Source of the DNA: Macrostomum lignano | Taxonomy: Eukaryota | NCBI GenBank assembly: GCA_002269645.1 | Contig: NIVC01000837.1 | Location: 62,001 to 126,000, forward strand | DNA: 64,000 nt | Reading direction: 5' to 3' | Part shown: piece by piece, positions 1-10,767 of the stretch | Position numbering within the stretch: position 1 is the first letter of the stretch | Layout of the letters: each line of letters opens with the position of its first letter | Translations under genes and position numbers: made by a program | Notes under the pieces: model-generated | Databases searched by the model: none | Told to the model about the DNA's origin: nothing | Seen by the model: the letters and a program-made list of their open reading frames with translations, nothing else

Positions 1-1695
1 TACTATTACATTATCATCACCACTCAATCCTTCCATTACCTATTTTTAAAGTCGTGAAAGAAAGACATTAACAGTACATTAAAACTTCTGACGACTGATT
101 AAGTATATAAATTAGCAGGTAATGACAACTACCGAGTTTTATAACGAAAAAGGAGAAAATCAATTCCGTATTGACTAATCTGAATTTTCTATAATTATAC
201 GATGCCTTGCCTCGCTTGCTTGCAGAACGCAGAAGTCAAGAATAAATAAACAGTCACAAAGTTTTTTCTGCAATGCTCAAAGCAAAACACTTTTTTTACC
301 AGTTAATAAACAAATTGCTACTTTGTTTTAAAAAACTAAAAAATTAAAAATTAACTAAATATAAATTTTACTTTTTTATTTCTTTGCTTAAAATTTGATT
401 CCTTTTGTTTTAACTATTATTTAAACCTATATTATACGGCTTTCCGGCTCGTGTCGAGTGTATCAACGAGCTGAGACATTCTAAATTGTTTTTGTACCTC
501 AAAACGAGACAGCCGCTTCTTTTGCACTACTGCTGCAGCCAAAGACCATACAATGTAAAGGCTGCACACATTATGAAAAAGAAGCCTACACTTAAAGTAT
601 CCAACATGAGGTCGAAGTGCGCGTGCTTTTATACAAAATTTTGGCCACGGACAAAACACGACACCGTGGGAGCTTGAAAATCGGCTTCAAGAGTTTGCAT
701 TTCCTTTATTGTCGTTAATAGCACTACACATGCAGATCTCGTTTCTCCTTGGTTTCAAGCAATCGCTTTAGCGTCTGAATAGTCTTATCGCAGATAAAAA
801 TTTTCTTTGAGTTGGAGTTGGAAATTGAAGTATCTGAGTTGAAAAGGCTGTGATAAAATCGTGGTAAAATTCTTGATCCGTGCTTGATTTTAAAAATACT
901 CGTAGCTTTTTAAGGTCTCTTTAGGTCATGAAACTCTGTGGTCCTATAGCTTTTAAAAGTTTTCATGTGAGATATTCCTTAAGAGTAGTCATTTGTATTT
1001 TAGGAATGTTTAGAAAGGCATTGCTTTTTATCATTCAAGGAATACAGTATATTACAAGAATAAGAATATATTTTTTTCTCATGAAAATTATCATTCATTA
1101 AAATATGATAAACCAACACTTTACGAGTATAAGTAGCTAGAATATTTTTCGCAATTTTACTAGAGTATTTAAAGACCCATATGAAGTAGAAGCGACAGTC
1201 GTGGACTACATTGGATGCAACAATACTTCAAGGAAAATATAGCTTTGGTGAGCAAATAGCAAAATTAAAGAAATCGTAATCGTGATCGTAATCGTAGCAA
1301 AATTAAAGAAAAACATTTTATAATATAAAACAAATTTCCCAGAGAAATAAAACTTGATTGAATGCGCGAATTCTGTGACTCACTGGAGTCACTGCAGGCA
1401 ATGCAAGTGGAAAATAGAATTCACGGATGTACATGCACGCTCATACAATTAAAAGCGATATTCATCGGCGGAATAAAAAGTTTTGAAAAATGGCAATTTC
1501 TATATAAATTTAGACTAAGCTAAAAATTATGCACACATTAAAACAAAGAAACTCAAAATTAACTATTATAAGGCTACAGTACGTAATGAGTACAAACCAG
1601 GCTGTTAAAAGCGCATTATCTTAACACGGATACTAATAAAGTGAAAATTCTGGCACATAATTTTTCTAAAAGTACATTGACCCAACCAGTACTTT

Positions 1696-4600
1696 TCAGT
1701 GACAGTTTTGGCACTCTGGATGGCACAGCCGTCCATTCAAGCGACACTTGCAGCCTCCGGAGGTGTCGCCTTTGCCGCCTGGGCCCCACCTGGGTCCCCG
1801 GGTAGCCCAGCAGATCTCGGTTTGGCACATCGAACAGGCCAGCCAGTCGCATCCCTCCTTCTTCTGCAGGAACACCTGGCAGTTCGGGCAGTTCATTGCC
1901 TCGCCGGATTTCACCATTTTCTGCGGTGAATAAAAGCAATTGTTTTGTGTTGCTTTCATTAGACGAGTCTGAGCCCCGCCATGCGGCACCCGCTGAGCCG
2001 ATCACTAATCTGCCTCATCTCATCTCACTAATCCTATCAGTTTTATCACACTAATCCGCCTCAGTCCCTCATCACTAATCCGCCTCAGTCCCCTATCACT
2101 AATCTGCCTCAGTCCCCTATCACTAATCCGCCTCAGTCCCCTATCACTAATCTGCCTCAGTCCCCTATCACTAATCCGCCTCAGTCCCCTATCACTAATC
2201 CGCCTCAGTCCCCTATCACTAATCTGTCTCAGTCCCCTATCACTAATCTGCCTCAGCCCCCTATCACTAATCTGCCTCAGTCCCCTATCACTAATCTGCC
2301 TCAGTCCCCTATCACTAATCTGCCTCAGTCCCCTATCACTAATCTGCTTCAGTCCCCTATCACTAATCCGCCTCAGTCCCTTATCACTAATCCGCCTCAG
2401 GCCCGTATCACTAATCCGCCTCAGTCCCCTATCACTAATCCGCCTCAGTCCCCTATCACTAATCCATTTCAGGCTTCTAGCTATTGCACTAATCCGTTTC
2501 AGGCTCCTATCACTAATCCGCCTCAGGCCCCTATCACTAATCCGCCTCAGGTCCCTATCACTAATCCGCCTCAGGCCCCTATCACTAATCCGCCTCAGGT
2601 CCCTATCACTAATCCGCCTCAGGCCCCTATCACTAATCCACCTCAGGCCCCTGTCCCAGCCGCAGCAGCGCTCACCTCCAGGTGCGTCAGATTGAGCTGG
2701 GCCTCCTTATTATTCTTAGCGTCAATCCTCAGCTGGTTCTGGTATCGCCGACAGCTGACGCCCGGATGCGAGGCCCGACACGTGACGCAGTTGTGCAGGC
2801 CGCACAGCATGCACTCGAAGCTGTTAACATCTTCGGCCAGCTCAACGAAGGCGTCGCAGTTAGGCGCCACGCAGTGGAACGTGTTGGGTATGACAGCTTC
2901 GGCTTGTCGAAGGCCCAACCGTTGCAACCGGTCGAATTCTTGACTGGTTAGCAACTGGTTGGCCTCCGAATCGGTCACCGTCTGCTGGCACTGATCGTGC
3001 GGACAGCGGACTGGCATGGAGTCGGCGTGGAGCAGGTGCTGGCGCAGGCACTCTCGGCACACCTCGTGGCCGCAGTCGCGCAATTGAATGCCGTCCGCAT
3101 CGCACTCTGCCGATACGTCCGTGATGCAGATCGGGCATTCGAAATCTTGCTTGGCCGGAATTAATGAACAGTTTGCCAAGGCCAGGTGCGCACTGAGATT
3201 GCGACTGCGCTGGCGCTCTTGCTGTGTTTGGTAATGCATGATGAGTGTTGGCATTGTTGTTGGCATTTGCTGTTTGACAGAGTGCAACGGTAATATAAAT
3301 CTTTATTACATGGCATTGTGTGATATAGCAAAGCCACATTGCTGGCTTTGAGTCAAGCGTGTTGAATTTGCCTAATTTTTTGCCTAATTTGCCACATTGT
3401 GTCACTGATGAAACTGAGCCTCAAATTGTGTCACTAATGAAAGTGAGCCTCAAAATGTGTCACTAATTCATTGTGCCTCAAATTGCGTCACTGATAAAAA
3501 CTGAGCCTCAAATTGTGTCACTGATGAAAGTGAGCCTCAAAATGTGTCACTAATTCATTGTGCCTCAAATTGCGTCACTGATAAAAACTGAGCCTCAAAT
3601 TGTGTCACTGATGAAAGTGAGCCTCAAAATGTGTCACTAATTCATTGTGCCTCAAATTGCGTCACTGATAAAAACTGAGCCTCAAAATGTGTCACTGATA
3701 AAACTGAGCCTCAAATTGTGTCACTAATGAAAGTGAGCCTCAAAATGTGTCACTAATTCATTGTGCCTCAAATTGCGTCACTGATAAAAACTGAGCCTCA
3801 AATTGTGTCACTGATGAAAGTGAGCCTCAAAATGTGTCACTAATTCATTGTGCCTCAAATTGCGTCACTGATAAAAACTGAGACTCAAATTGTGTCACTG
3901 GTGAACTGAGCTAATGAACTTACAAATGAACTAAACTCTTGATTTGTCATCGAGGGACTGACTGAGCTTCACTATCAGTGAACGGGTCGTTAAAGGACCT
4001 ACTTGAAAAGCAATTGTTTTCAACAGGACTTTGTCTTTATCATGACTTCTGCATCATGTGCTTCTGTAATCTATAGCCCTTTAAAACTGAAATAGCAAGC
4101 CCTCGCGAGAATCGTTTAGACTGAGTTAAACATGAGTTGCTCATTGCTCAGAATTCGAAAAAACGTGATTATTGGTTTATAATTCTTATAACAGTCGTTT
4201 GAATGTCGTGTATTCGCAGTTAGGGTTAAAGGTGTTGTTAAAGATTATAGCTGGTGAAAAAGCAATATTTGTTCCAAGGTCTTTCAGACCAAAAATGGCG
4301 CTTATAAATAAAATATATTTGTAAGCGAATTAATGCATACTGTATAAGCTGTCAAGTGTTGAACCGAAAACAAATAAATTAGAGCAACAGCAACAAAAAG
4401 AGAGTTTATGGTTGCTTAATGTCTACAAAGTTTAGAGACAAATGTCGGGGCGGGGCATATTTTCATGCAAAATGCAAAAACAATCAGCTTAAATCTAATT
4501 ATTTGCCAATATAGCTGTTTTATTACCAATTTAAGCCAACTCACTGGTCACAGCAGAGGGAATACATCAAAATTGATACATCAAAACAGAATAATTTCTG

Positions 4601-7600
4601 TACACGAGTAGTAGCTCGTATATTAACAAATGCGATGCTTGCTGTTCAAGGCTTCGCGAGGCGAATTTGCTCGACACGAGAGGAAAAATAGAGGGGGCTG
4701 GCACAATCAGCTGTGGGATAATCCGGTAAGAATATGCACACTGAAATATAATGACTATATTTGCAAAACAGGACTTTAATATATCTATTTTACATATCAA
4801 TATCTATGATGCGGGGCCCAGACATCTCACATCTATCTATGATGCTGGGGCCAGCCAGACATCTCACCCCTATCTATGATGCGGGGCCCAGACATCTCAC
4901 ATCTATCTATGATGCGGGGGCCAGACATCTCACCCCTATCTATGATGCAGGGGCCAGCCAGACATCTCACCCCAATTTATGATGCAGGGCCCAGACATCT
5001 CACCCCTATCTATGATGCAGGGCCCAGACATCTCACATCTATCTATGATGCAGGGGCCAGCCAGACATCTCAACCCTATTTATGATGCGGGGCCCAGACA
5101 TCTCAACCCTATCTATGATGCAGGGCCCAGACATCTCACTCCTATCTATGATGCGGGGTCCAGACATCTCAACCCTATCTATGATGCAGGGCCCAGACAT
5201 CTCACTCCTATCTATGATGCGGGGCCCAGACATCTCAACCCTATCTATGATGCAGGGCCCAGACATCTCACTCCTATCTATGATGCAGGGCCCAGACATC
5301 TAACCCCTATCTATGATGCAGGGCCCAGACATCTCACCCCTATGATGCAGGGCCCAGACATCTCACCCCTATCTATGATGCAGGGCCCAGACATCTAACC
5401 CCTATCTATGATGCAGGGCCCAGACATCTCACCCCTATCTATGATGCAGGGCCCAGACATCTCACCCCCATCTATGATGCAGGGCCCAGACATCTCACCC
5501 CTATCTATGATGCAGGGCCCAGACATCTCACCCCTATCTATGATGCAGGGCCCAGACATCTCACCCCTATCTATGATGCAGGGCCCAGACATCTCACCCC
5601 TATCTATGATGCAGGGCCCAGACATCTCACCCCTATCTATGATGCAGGGCCCAGACATCTCACCCCTATCTATGATGCAGGGCCCAGACATCTCACCCCT
5701 ATCTATGATGCAGGGCCCAGACATCTCACCCCTATCTATGATGCAGGGCCCAGACATCTCACCCCTATCTATGATGCAGGGCCCAGACATCTCACCCCTA
5801 TCTATGATGCAGGGCCCAGACATCTCACCCCTATCTATGATGCAGGGCCCAGACATCTCACCCCTATCTATGATGCAGGGCCCAGACATCTCACCCCTAT
5901 CTATGATGCAGGGCCCAGACATCTCACCCCTATCTATGATGCAGGGCATAGACATCTCACCCCTATCTATGATGCAGGGCATAGACATCTGACCCCAATA
6001 TCTATGATGCAGGGCATAGACATCTGACCCCAATATCTATGATGCAGGACATAGACATGTCACCTCAATATATGTAATGTAGGATTTATACACCTCACCC
6101 TGCCCTTCAAATTTACAAGCAACCAAGGAAACATATAGATGTAAAAAGACATATAGTCTGGGAAGCAAAACAGATAAGCATGATTAGCACAAAAGTTAAG
6201 GTCGATTTTTCTAACCGACAATAAAAACAATAAAGGCAGTAGTACTAATAGCATATTAGGATAAAAATTTACAACGAACCCAAAAGACTTTGGCGCCAAT
6301 ATATAATAACAAAATGAAAGTCTAGAAGAAATTAAAATGAAACACAAAAAACTAAAGTTAACCGTCACTGCCATGCCTCTTTATAAGATGTTGAAGCCGC
6401 TCTTGATCGGCTTTGTTTCGAATAGCCATAGATCTGGCGCGAAGAGCGTCCATTGCTCGGTCAAAAAATGCATCCTCATCGTCTTCTTTGTCTTCTTCTG
6501 CTAGTTGTGCTGCTTCTGCAGGACCGGAAGCAACGCTGGCATAGAGTTCACTCTCATCTTTGCTGCCCTGTTCATCCGTTTCCACAGGCGGGCTGGCCGT
6601 TTTGCCAGCTCCGAATTGAATGACCCGGCGCGGCTTGGGCTCGATTCGAATCGGCTTCCAGACTGGCGGCGGCGACGGCGAGTTCGAAGCCGGCCTAGCG
6701 CGTTCAATCGTTGGCTTGGGTGGCTTCGGCGGAGGCGGCGGCGGCGGCGGACGAGGCAGGCCGGCACCGCCGGTACTTGGCAACCGATTTATTGTTGGCG
6801 GAGGCGGCTGCGGCGGCGGCTTCGACGGCGGCAACGGTTTTTGGCGCAGATTCTGACGCAAGGATGCCAGAATGGAACTGGCAGATGGCAGATTCTGACG
6901 CTTTTTTGGCAGTTTCGAACTGGCAGACGACAGATTCTGACTCTGGGTTGGCAGATTCGAACTGGCAGACGGCAGATTCTGACGCTGGGTTGGCATATTC
7001 GAACTGGCAGACGGCAGATTCTGACTCTGGGTTGGCATATTCGAACTGGCAGACGGCAGATTCTGACGCTGGGTTGGCATATTCGAACTGGCAGACGGCA
7101 GATTCTGACTCTGGGTTGGCATATTCGAACTGGCAGACGGCAGATTCTGACTCTGGGTTGGCATATTCGAACTGGCAGACGGCAGATTCTGACGCTGGGT
7201 TGGCAGATTCAAACTGGCAGACGGCAGATTCTGACTCTGGGTTGGCAGATTCGAACTGGCAGACGGCAGATTCTGACTCTGGGTTGGCAGATTCGAACTG
7301 GCAGACGGCAGATTCTGACGCTGGGTTGGCATATTCGAACTTGCAGACGGCAGATTCTGACTCTGGGTTGGCAGATTCGAACTGGCAGACGGCAGATTCT
7401 GACTCTGGGTTGGCAGATTCGAACTGGCAGACGGCAGATTCTGACTCTGGGTTGGCAGATTCGAACTTGCAGACGGCAGATTCTGACTCTGGGTTGGCAG
7501 ATTCGACAAATTTTTACTGCAACGAGGCGGCAGTCGTGGAAGTGCAGTTTTCCCCGACGGCAACGAAGGCAGCGGCCTCATTGATCTGGCTCTGTCGCGG

Positions 7601-10600
7601 CTTTGTGCGTCTTTGCTCTGCTGCTGCTGCTGCTGCTAAAAGACAAAAAAAGAAATTAACAAGAAAATGTGTTTCGTTTCAGCAACAATAGCAAAGTTGC
7701 TGTCGGATTATATTGTTAAAAATTTAGATAGATAATTGAAATGGCCTATTGGAATCTGAGACTATTGCTGATAACTACTCATTAGCAGTAGTAGATTATT
7801 AATAGCAGTATTGCAAAAGCGGCCAATCAGGCAAAGGATATTGTTATAAAACTTGTGTAGAACAACACGCAAATTCATTAAACTTTTAGCAAACAGAAGA
7901 AGCTGCACTTTAACTTGCCAGCCAGCAACCTATGAAAAGATTGCAGTTATTAGAGCTGTTATTAATTTGTAGAAAAAACATAAACAATATTAGTATACTG
8001 TACTCAGAAGCTTATCTGATAGTTAAAATTCTGTTAGATTCTTAGAAAGCTCAAGTGAACTCTCCAGTGCACTTGTACAGTGAAACAATATTACTAATTT
8101 GTATGTAGATGTCAAAATATACCAATCAATGGACATTTGAATGTCTATGAAGTGTCTGTGTCCGTACCAATCACGTAAAAATCTGAATCTGAGCTTTTTA
8201 TGCAGCTGACATGAGTGGAAAATTTCAAAATTAAACATAATACATCAATACCTCTAATCTACCCTTTACCTTTTATTGATGCTTTAAATAAAATATGGAT
8301 TACAGAAACCATGGAGCCTAAAAAAATAACATTTAGTTTGAAAAAAACAGGGTACCAATTTGGCAATCGGGGTCCAAATTCAGAAGGCCAAAACTACGTG
8401 TCATGACGTACACTGCTAAAGAAACCTAGATCTGAACACAGTGTCTCATATCAGTGTGAATGTCTCATATCAGTGTGAATGTCTCATATCAGTGTGAATG
8501 TCTCATATCAGTGTGAATGTCTCATATCAGTGTGAATGTGTCTCATATCAGTGTGAATGTGTCTCATATCAGTGTGAATGTGTCTCATATCAGTGTGAAT
8601 GTGTCTCATATCAGTGTGAATGTGTCCCATATCGGTGTGAATGTGTCTCATATCAGTGTGAATGTGTCCCATATCAGTGTGAATGTGTCTCATATCAGTG
8701 TGAATGTGTCCCATATCAGTGTGAATGTGTCTCATATCAGTGAATGTGTCCCATATCAGTGTGAATGTCTCATATCAGTGTGAATGTCTCATATCAGTGT
8801 GAATGTGTCTCATATCAGTGTGAATGTCTCATATCAGTGTGAATGTCTCATAACAGTGTGAATGTCTCATATCAGTGTGAATGTCTCATATCAGTGTGAA
8901 TGTCTCATATCAGTGTGAATGTCTCATATCAGTGTGAATGTCCCATATCAGTGTGAATGTCTCATATCAGTGTGAATACGTCCTATATCAGTGTGAATGT
9001 GTCTCATATCAGTGTGAATGTCTCATATCAGTGTGAATGTGTCTCATATCAGTGTGAATGTCGCACATTAGTGTGAATGTCTCATATCAGTGTGAATGTC
9101 TCATATCAGTGTGAATGTCCCATATCAGTGTGAATGTCTCATATCAATGTGAATGTCCCATATCAGTGTGAATGTCTCATATCAGTGTGAATGTCTCATA
9201 TCAGTGTGAATGTCTCATATCAGTGTGAATGCGTCCCATATCAGTGTGAATGCGTCCCATATCAGTGTAAACCAGGTCAATAATGAGTGAAAACTGAAAA
9301 TCTTCACTCACCTGCTCCAGAAACTCCCGCTCCAGCTGCAGCCGCCGCGCTTCATCTTCGGCTTCAACAACCGGTTCGTAGCCGGGTGGCGGCTCTCCTG
9401 AGCAAATCTCGCAGCCCAGCCGACTCGGCTTGTTGCGAAAAGTGCAAGTCGGACAGTCCCAGCCTGGCGGCTGTGAATTCGTTCAGATATGACGCTTGAT
9501 TGCAGATTATCGATCGCTTTTATAAGTACATTTTACATAATGGCAAAAGAGAAATAGCAATAGAGAAATGACAACCGAATCCAGAGACATGGCAAATGGA
9601 TTCTCAGAGACATGGCAACTGGATTCACAGAGACATGGCAAATGGATTCTCAGAGACATGGCAACTGGATTCACAGAGACATGGCAAATGGATTCTCAGA
9701 GACATGACAAATGGATTCTCAGAGACATGGCAAATGGATTCTCAGAGACATGGCAACTGGATTCACAGAGACATGGCAAATGGATTCTCAGAGACATGGC
9801 AACTGGATTCACAGAGACATGGCAAATGGATTCTCAGAGACATGACAAATGGATTCTCAGAGACATGGCAAATGGATTCTCAGAGACATGGCAACTGGAT
9901 TCACAGAGACATGGCAAATGGATTCTCAGAGACATGGCAACTGGATTCACAGAGACATGGCAAATGGATTCTCAGAGACATGGCAACTGGATTCTCAGAG
10001 ACATGGCAACTGGATTCTCAGAGACATGGCAAATGGATTCTCAGAGACATGGCAACTGGATTCTCAGAGACATGGCAACTGGATTTTTAGAGGGTTAGGA
10101 TTCCCTACAAAGAAAAGGAGAGAACAGTTCCAGCCACAATAGCACTCTGCAGGTCACTTACACTACTATCAGAAGGAGGTGGCGGACAGGATTGCACAGG
10201 ATTAACCAGCTCAAATCTGTTGCAATTTCCCTTGGCGTCGCAGACAGCTTCTTTTAGGCTTCGCAGCTCGGCAGGCGGCGGTCGCCAGTCGCCAACAGCT
10301 CGCACGTAGACTCGAACCAGCAGCCGTGACGCCGGTAGCCTGCTAGTGCAGCCAGCCAAGGTTTCTGACTCGGCTGCCAGTCCATTCAGTGGCGCCTCGT
10401 CTGGCGGTATCTCTTGGCCAACTATGCAGGTTTGCAGGCGAGTCGGGATGTCGAATCTAAGCAGCAGTTCGCGCTTTAAATCGGCGATGGTGACGGGGAC
10501 AGAATCAACAACGGTCGGCATGGCCAGGTGAAGCGGCTGGCTGACGCGGGCGCATCTGGTCTGCAGTACTATGCTGACTAGTTGAACAGCTTCAATAGAC

Positions 10601-10767
10601 GATGCTAGCGAGCCATTGTCTGGATCGGGATACACTCGGACACCAGCGGCGGGTCCGGAGCAGAGCTGCTCAACTATTTGGCCAGCCTCAGCCTCATCAC
10701 CAGCCAGCACAGCCGACTGAAGGCGGCCGGCCAACTGCTGCTGACGGTGGCGCCAACTGTCCGACAT
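1696..10767 (-). CDS. RBCK1: HOIL-1L / RBCK1 RBR-type E3 ubiquitin ligase (LUBAC subunit); CDS complement(join(1696..1920,2676..3269,9312..9470,10162..10767)), about 527 aa
   Basis: Exon 10767-10162: LTM-like helix ([24 protein letters not shown]) and UBL ([27 protein letters not shown]). Exon 9470-9312: [24 protein letters not shown]. Exon 3269-2676: RING1 (CPIC...[10 protein letters not shown]...CPHDQC) and IBR (CVAPNC...[21 protein letters not shown]). Exon 1920-1696: RING2 [54 protein letters not shown]...CHPECQNCH*, nearly identical to the HOIL-1L C-terminus. All junctions are GT-AG and phase 0. An AG acceptor just upstream of the ATG implies a further 5' exon. Confidence 0.95.
2001..2652. 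repeat. 24-bp minisatellite (GCCTCAGTCCCCTATCACTAATCC)n filling the last RBCK1 intron
   Basis: Direct reading, about 27 copies. Confidence 0.95.
3405..3902. repeat. 28-30-bp minisatellite with an 87-bp three-monomer higher-order unit
   Basis: Monomers GTCACTGATAAAAACTGAGCCTCAAA / GTCACTGATGAAAGTGAGCCTCAAA / GTCACTAATTCATTGTGCCTCAAA recur in a largely fixed order. Confidence 0.9.
4802..6058. repeat. 33-bp minisatellite (TATCTATGATGCAGGGCCCAGACATCTCACCCC)n
   Basis: Direct reading; homogeneous core at 5400-5940. Confidence 0.97.
6358..7635 (-). CDS. Putative alternative terminal exon of RBCK1: poly-Q, 14-aa Ser/Thr/Pro repeat, polyproline and acidic/helical tail (425 aa)
   Basis: Acceptor ttttttgtctttTAG at 7636-7638 followed by (CAG)6, in phase 0 with the NZF exon donor. 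The frame is open for 1278 bp to TAA at 6358-6360. Unique GC-rich coding-like sequence lies on both sides of the internal repeat. No good phase-0 GT donor was found, so it is read as terminal. Confidence 0.65.
   Translation of the reverse strand, partial: QQQQQQSKDAQSRDRARSMRPLPSLPSGKTALPRLPPRCSKNLSNLPTQSQNLPSASSNLPTQSQNLPSASSNLPTQSQNLPSASSNLPTQSQNLPSASSNMPTQRQNLPSASSNLPTQSQNLPSASSNLPTQSQNLPSASLNLPTQRQNLPSASSNMPTQSQNLPSASSNMPTQSQNLPSASSNMPTQRQNLPSASSNMPTQSQNLPSASSNMPTQRQNLPSASSNLPTQSQNLSSASSKLPKKRQNLPSASSILASLRQNLRQKPLPPSKPPPQPPPPTINRLPSTGGAGLPRPPPPPPPPKPPKPTIERARPASNSPSPPPVWKPIRIEPKPRRVIQFGAGKTASPPVETDEQGSKDESELYASVASGPAEAAQLAEEDKEDDEDAFFDRAMDALRARSMAIRNKADQERLQHLIKRHGSDG
6848..7505 (-). repeat. 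42-bp coding tandem repeat ([14 protein letters not shown], about 15 copies) inside the putative alternative exon
   Basis: In-frame 42-bp period made of two related 21-bp halves. Confidence 0.9.
8440..9268. repeat. 19/21-bp minisatellite (TCTCATATCAGTGTGAATG[TG])n
   Basis: Direct reading. Confidence 0.95.
9582..10084. repeat. 23-bp minisatellite (CAGAGACATGGCAAATGGATTCT)n with a 138-bp higher-order period
   Basis: Variant order repeats every 6 monomers (46-aa period in the ORF track). Confidence 0.93.

Noticed and set aside
432-677. Short overlapping ORFs near the left edge
   Set aside because: No recognisable domain and non-coding-like composition; cannot exclude a terminal exon fragment.
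4761-6033. ORFs [11 protein letters not shown] / [11 protein letters not shown] / [11 protein letters not shown] repeats
   Set aside because: All are translations of a 33-bp intronic minisatellite, open in several frames on both strands, with no unique coding flanks.
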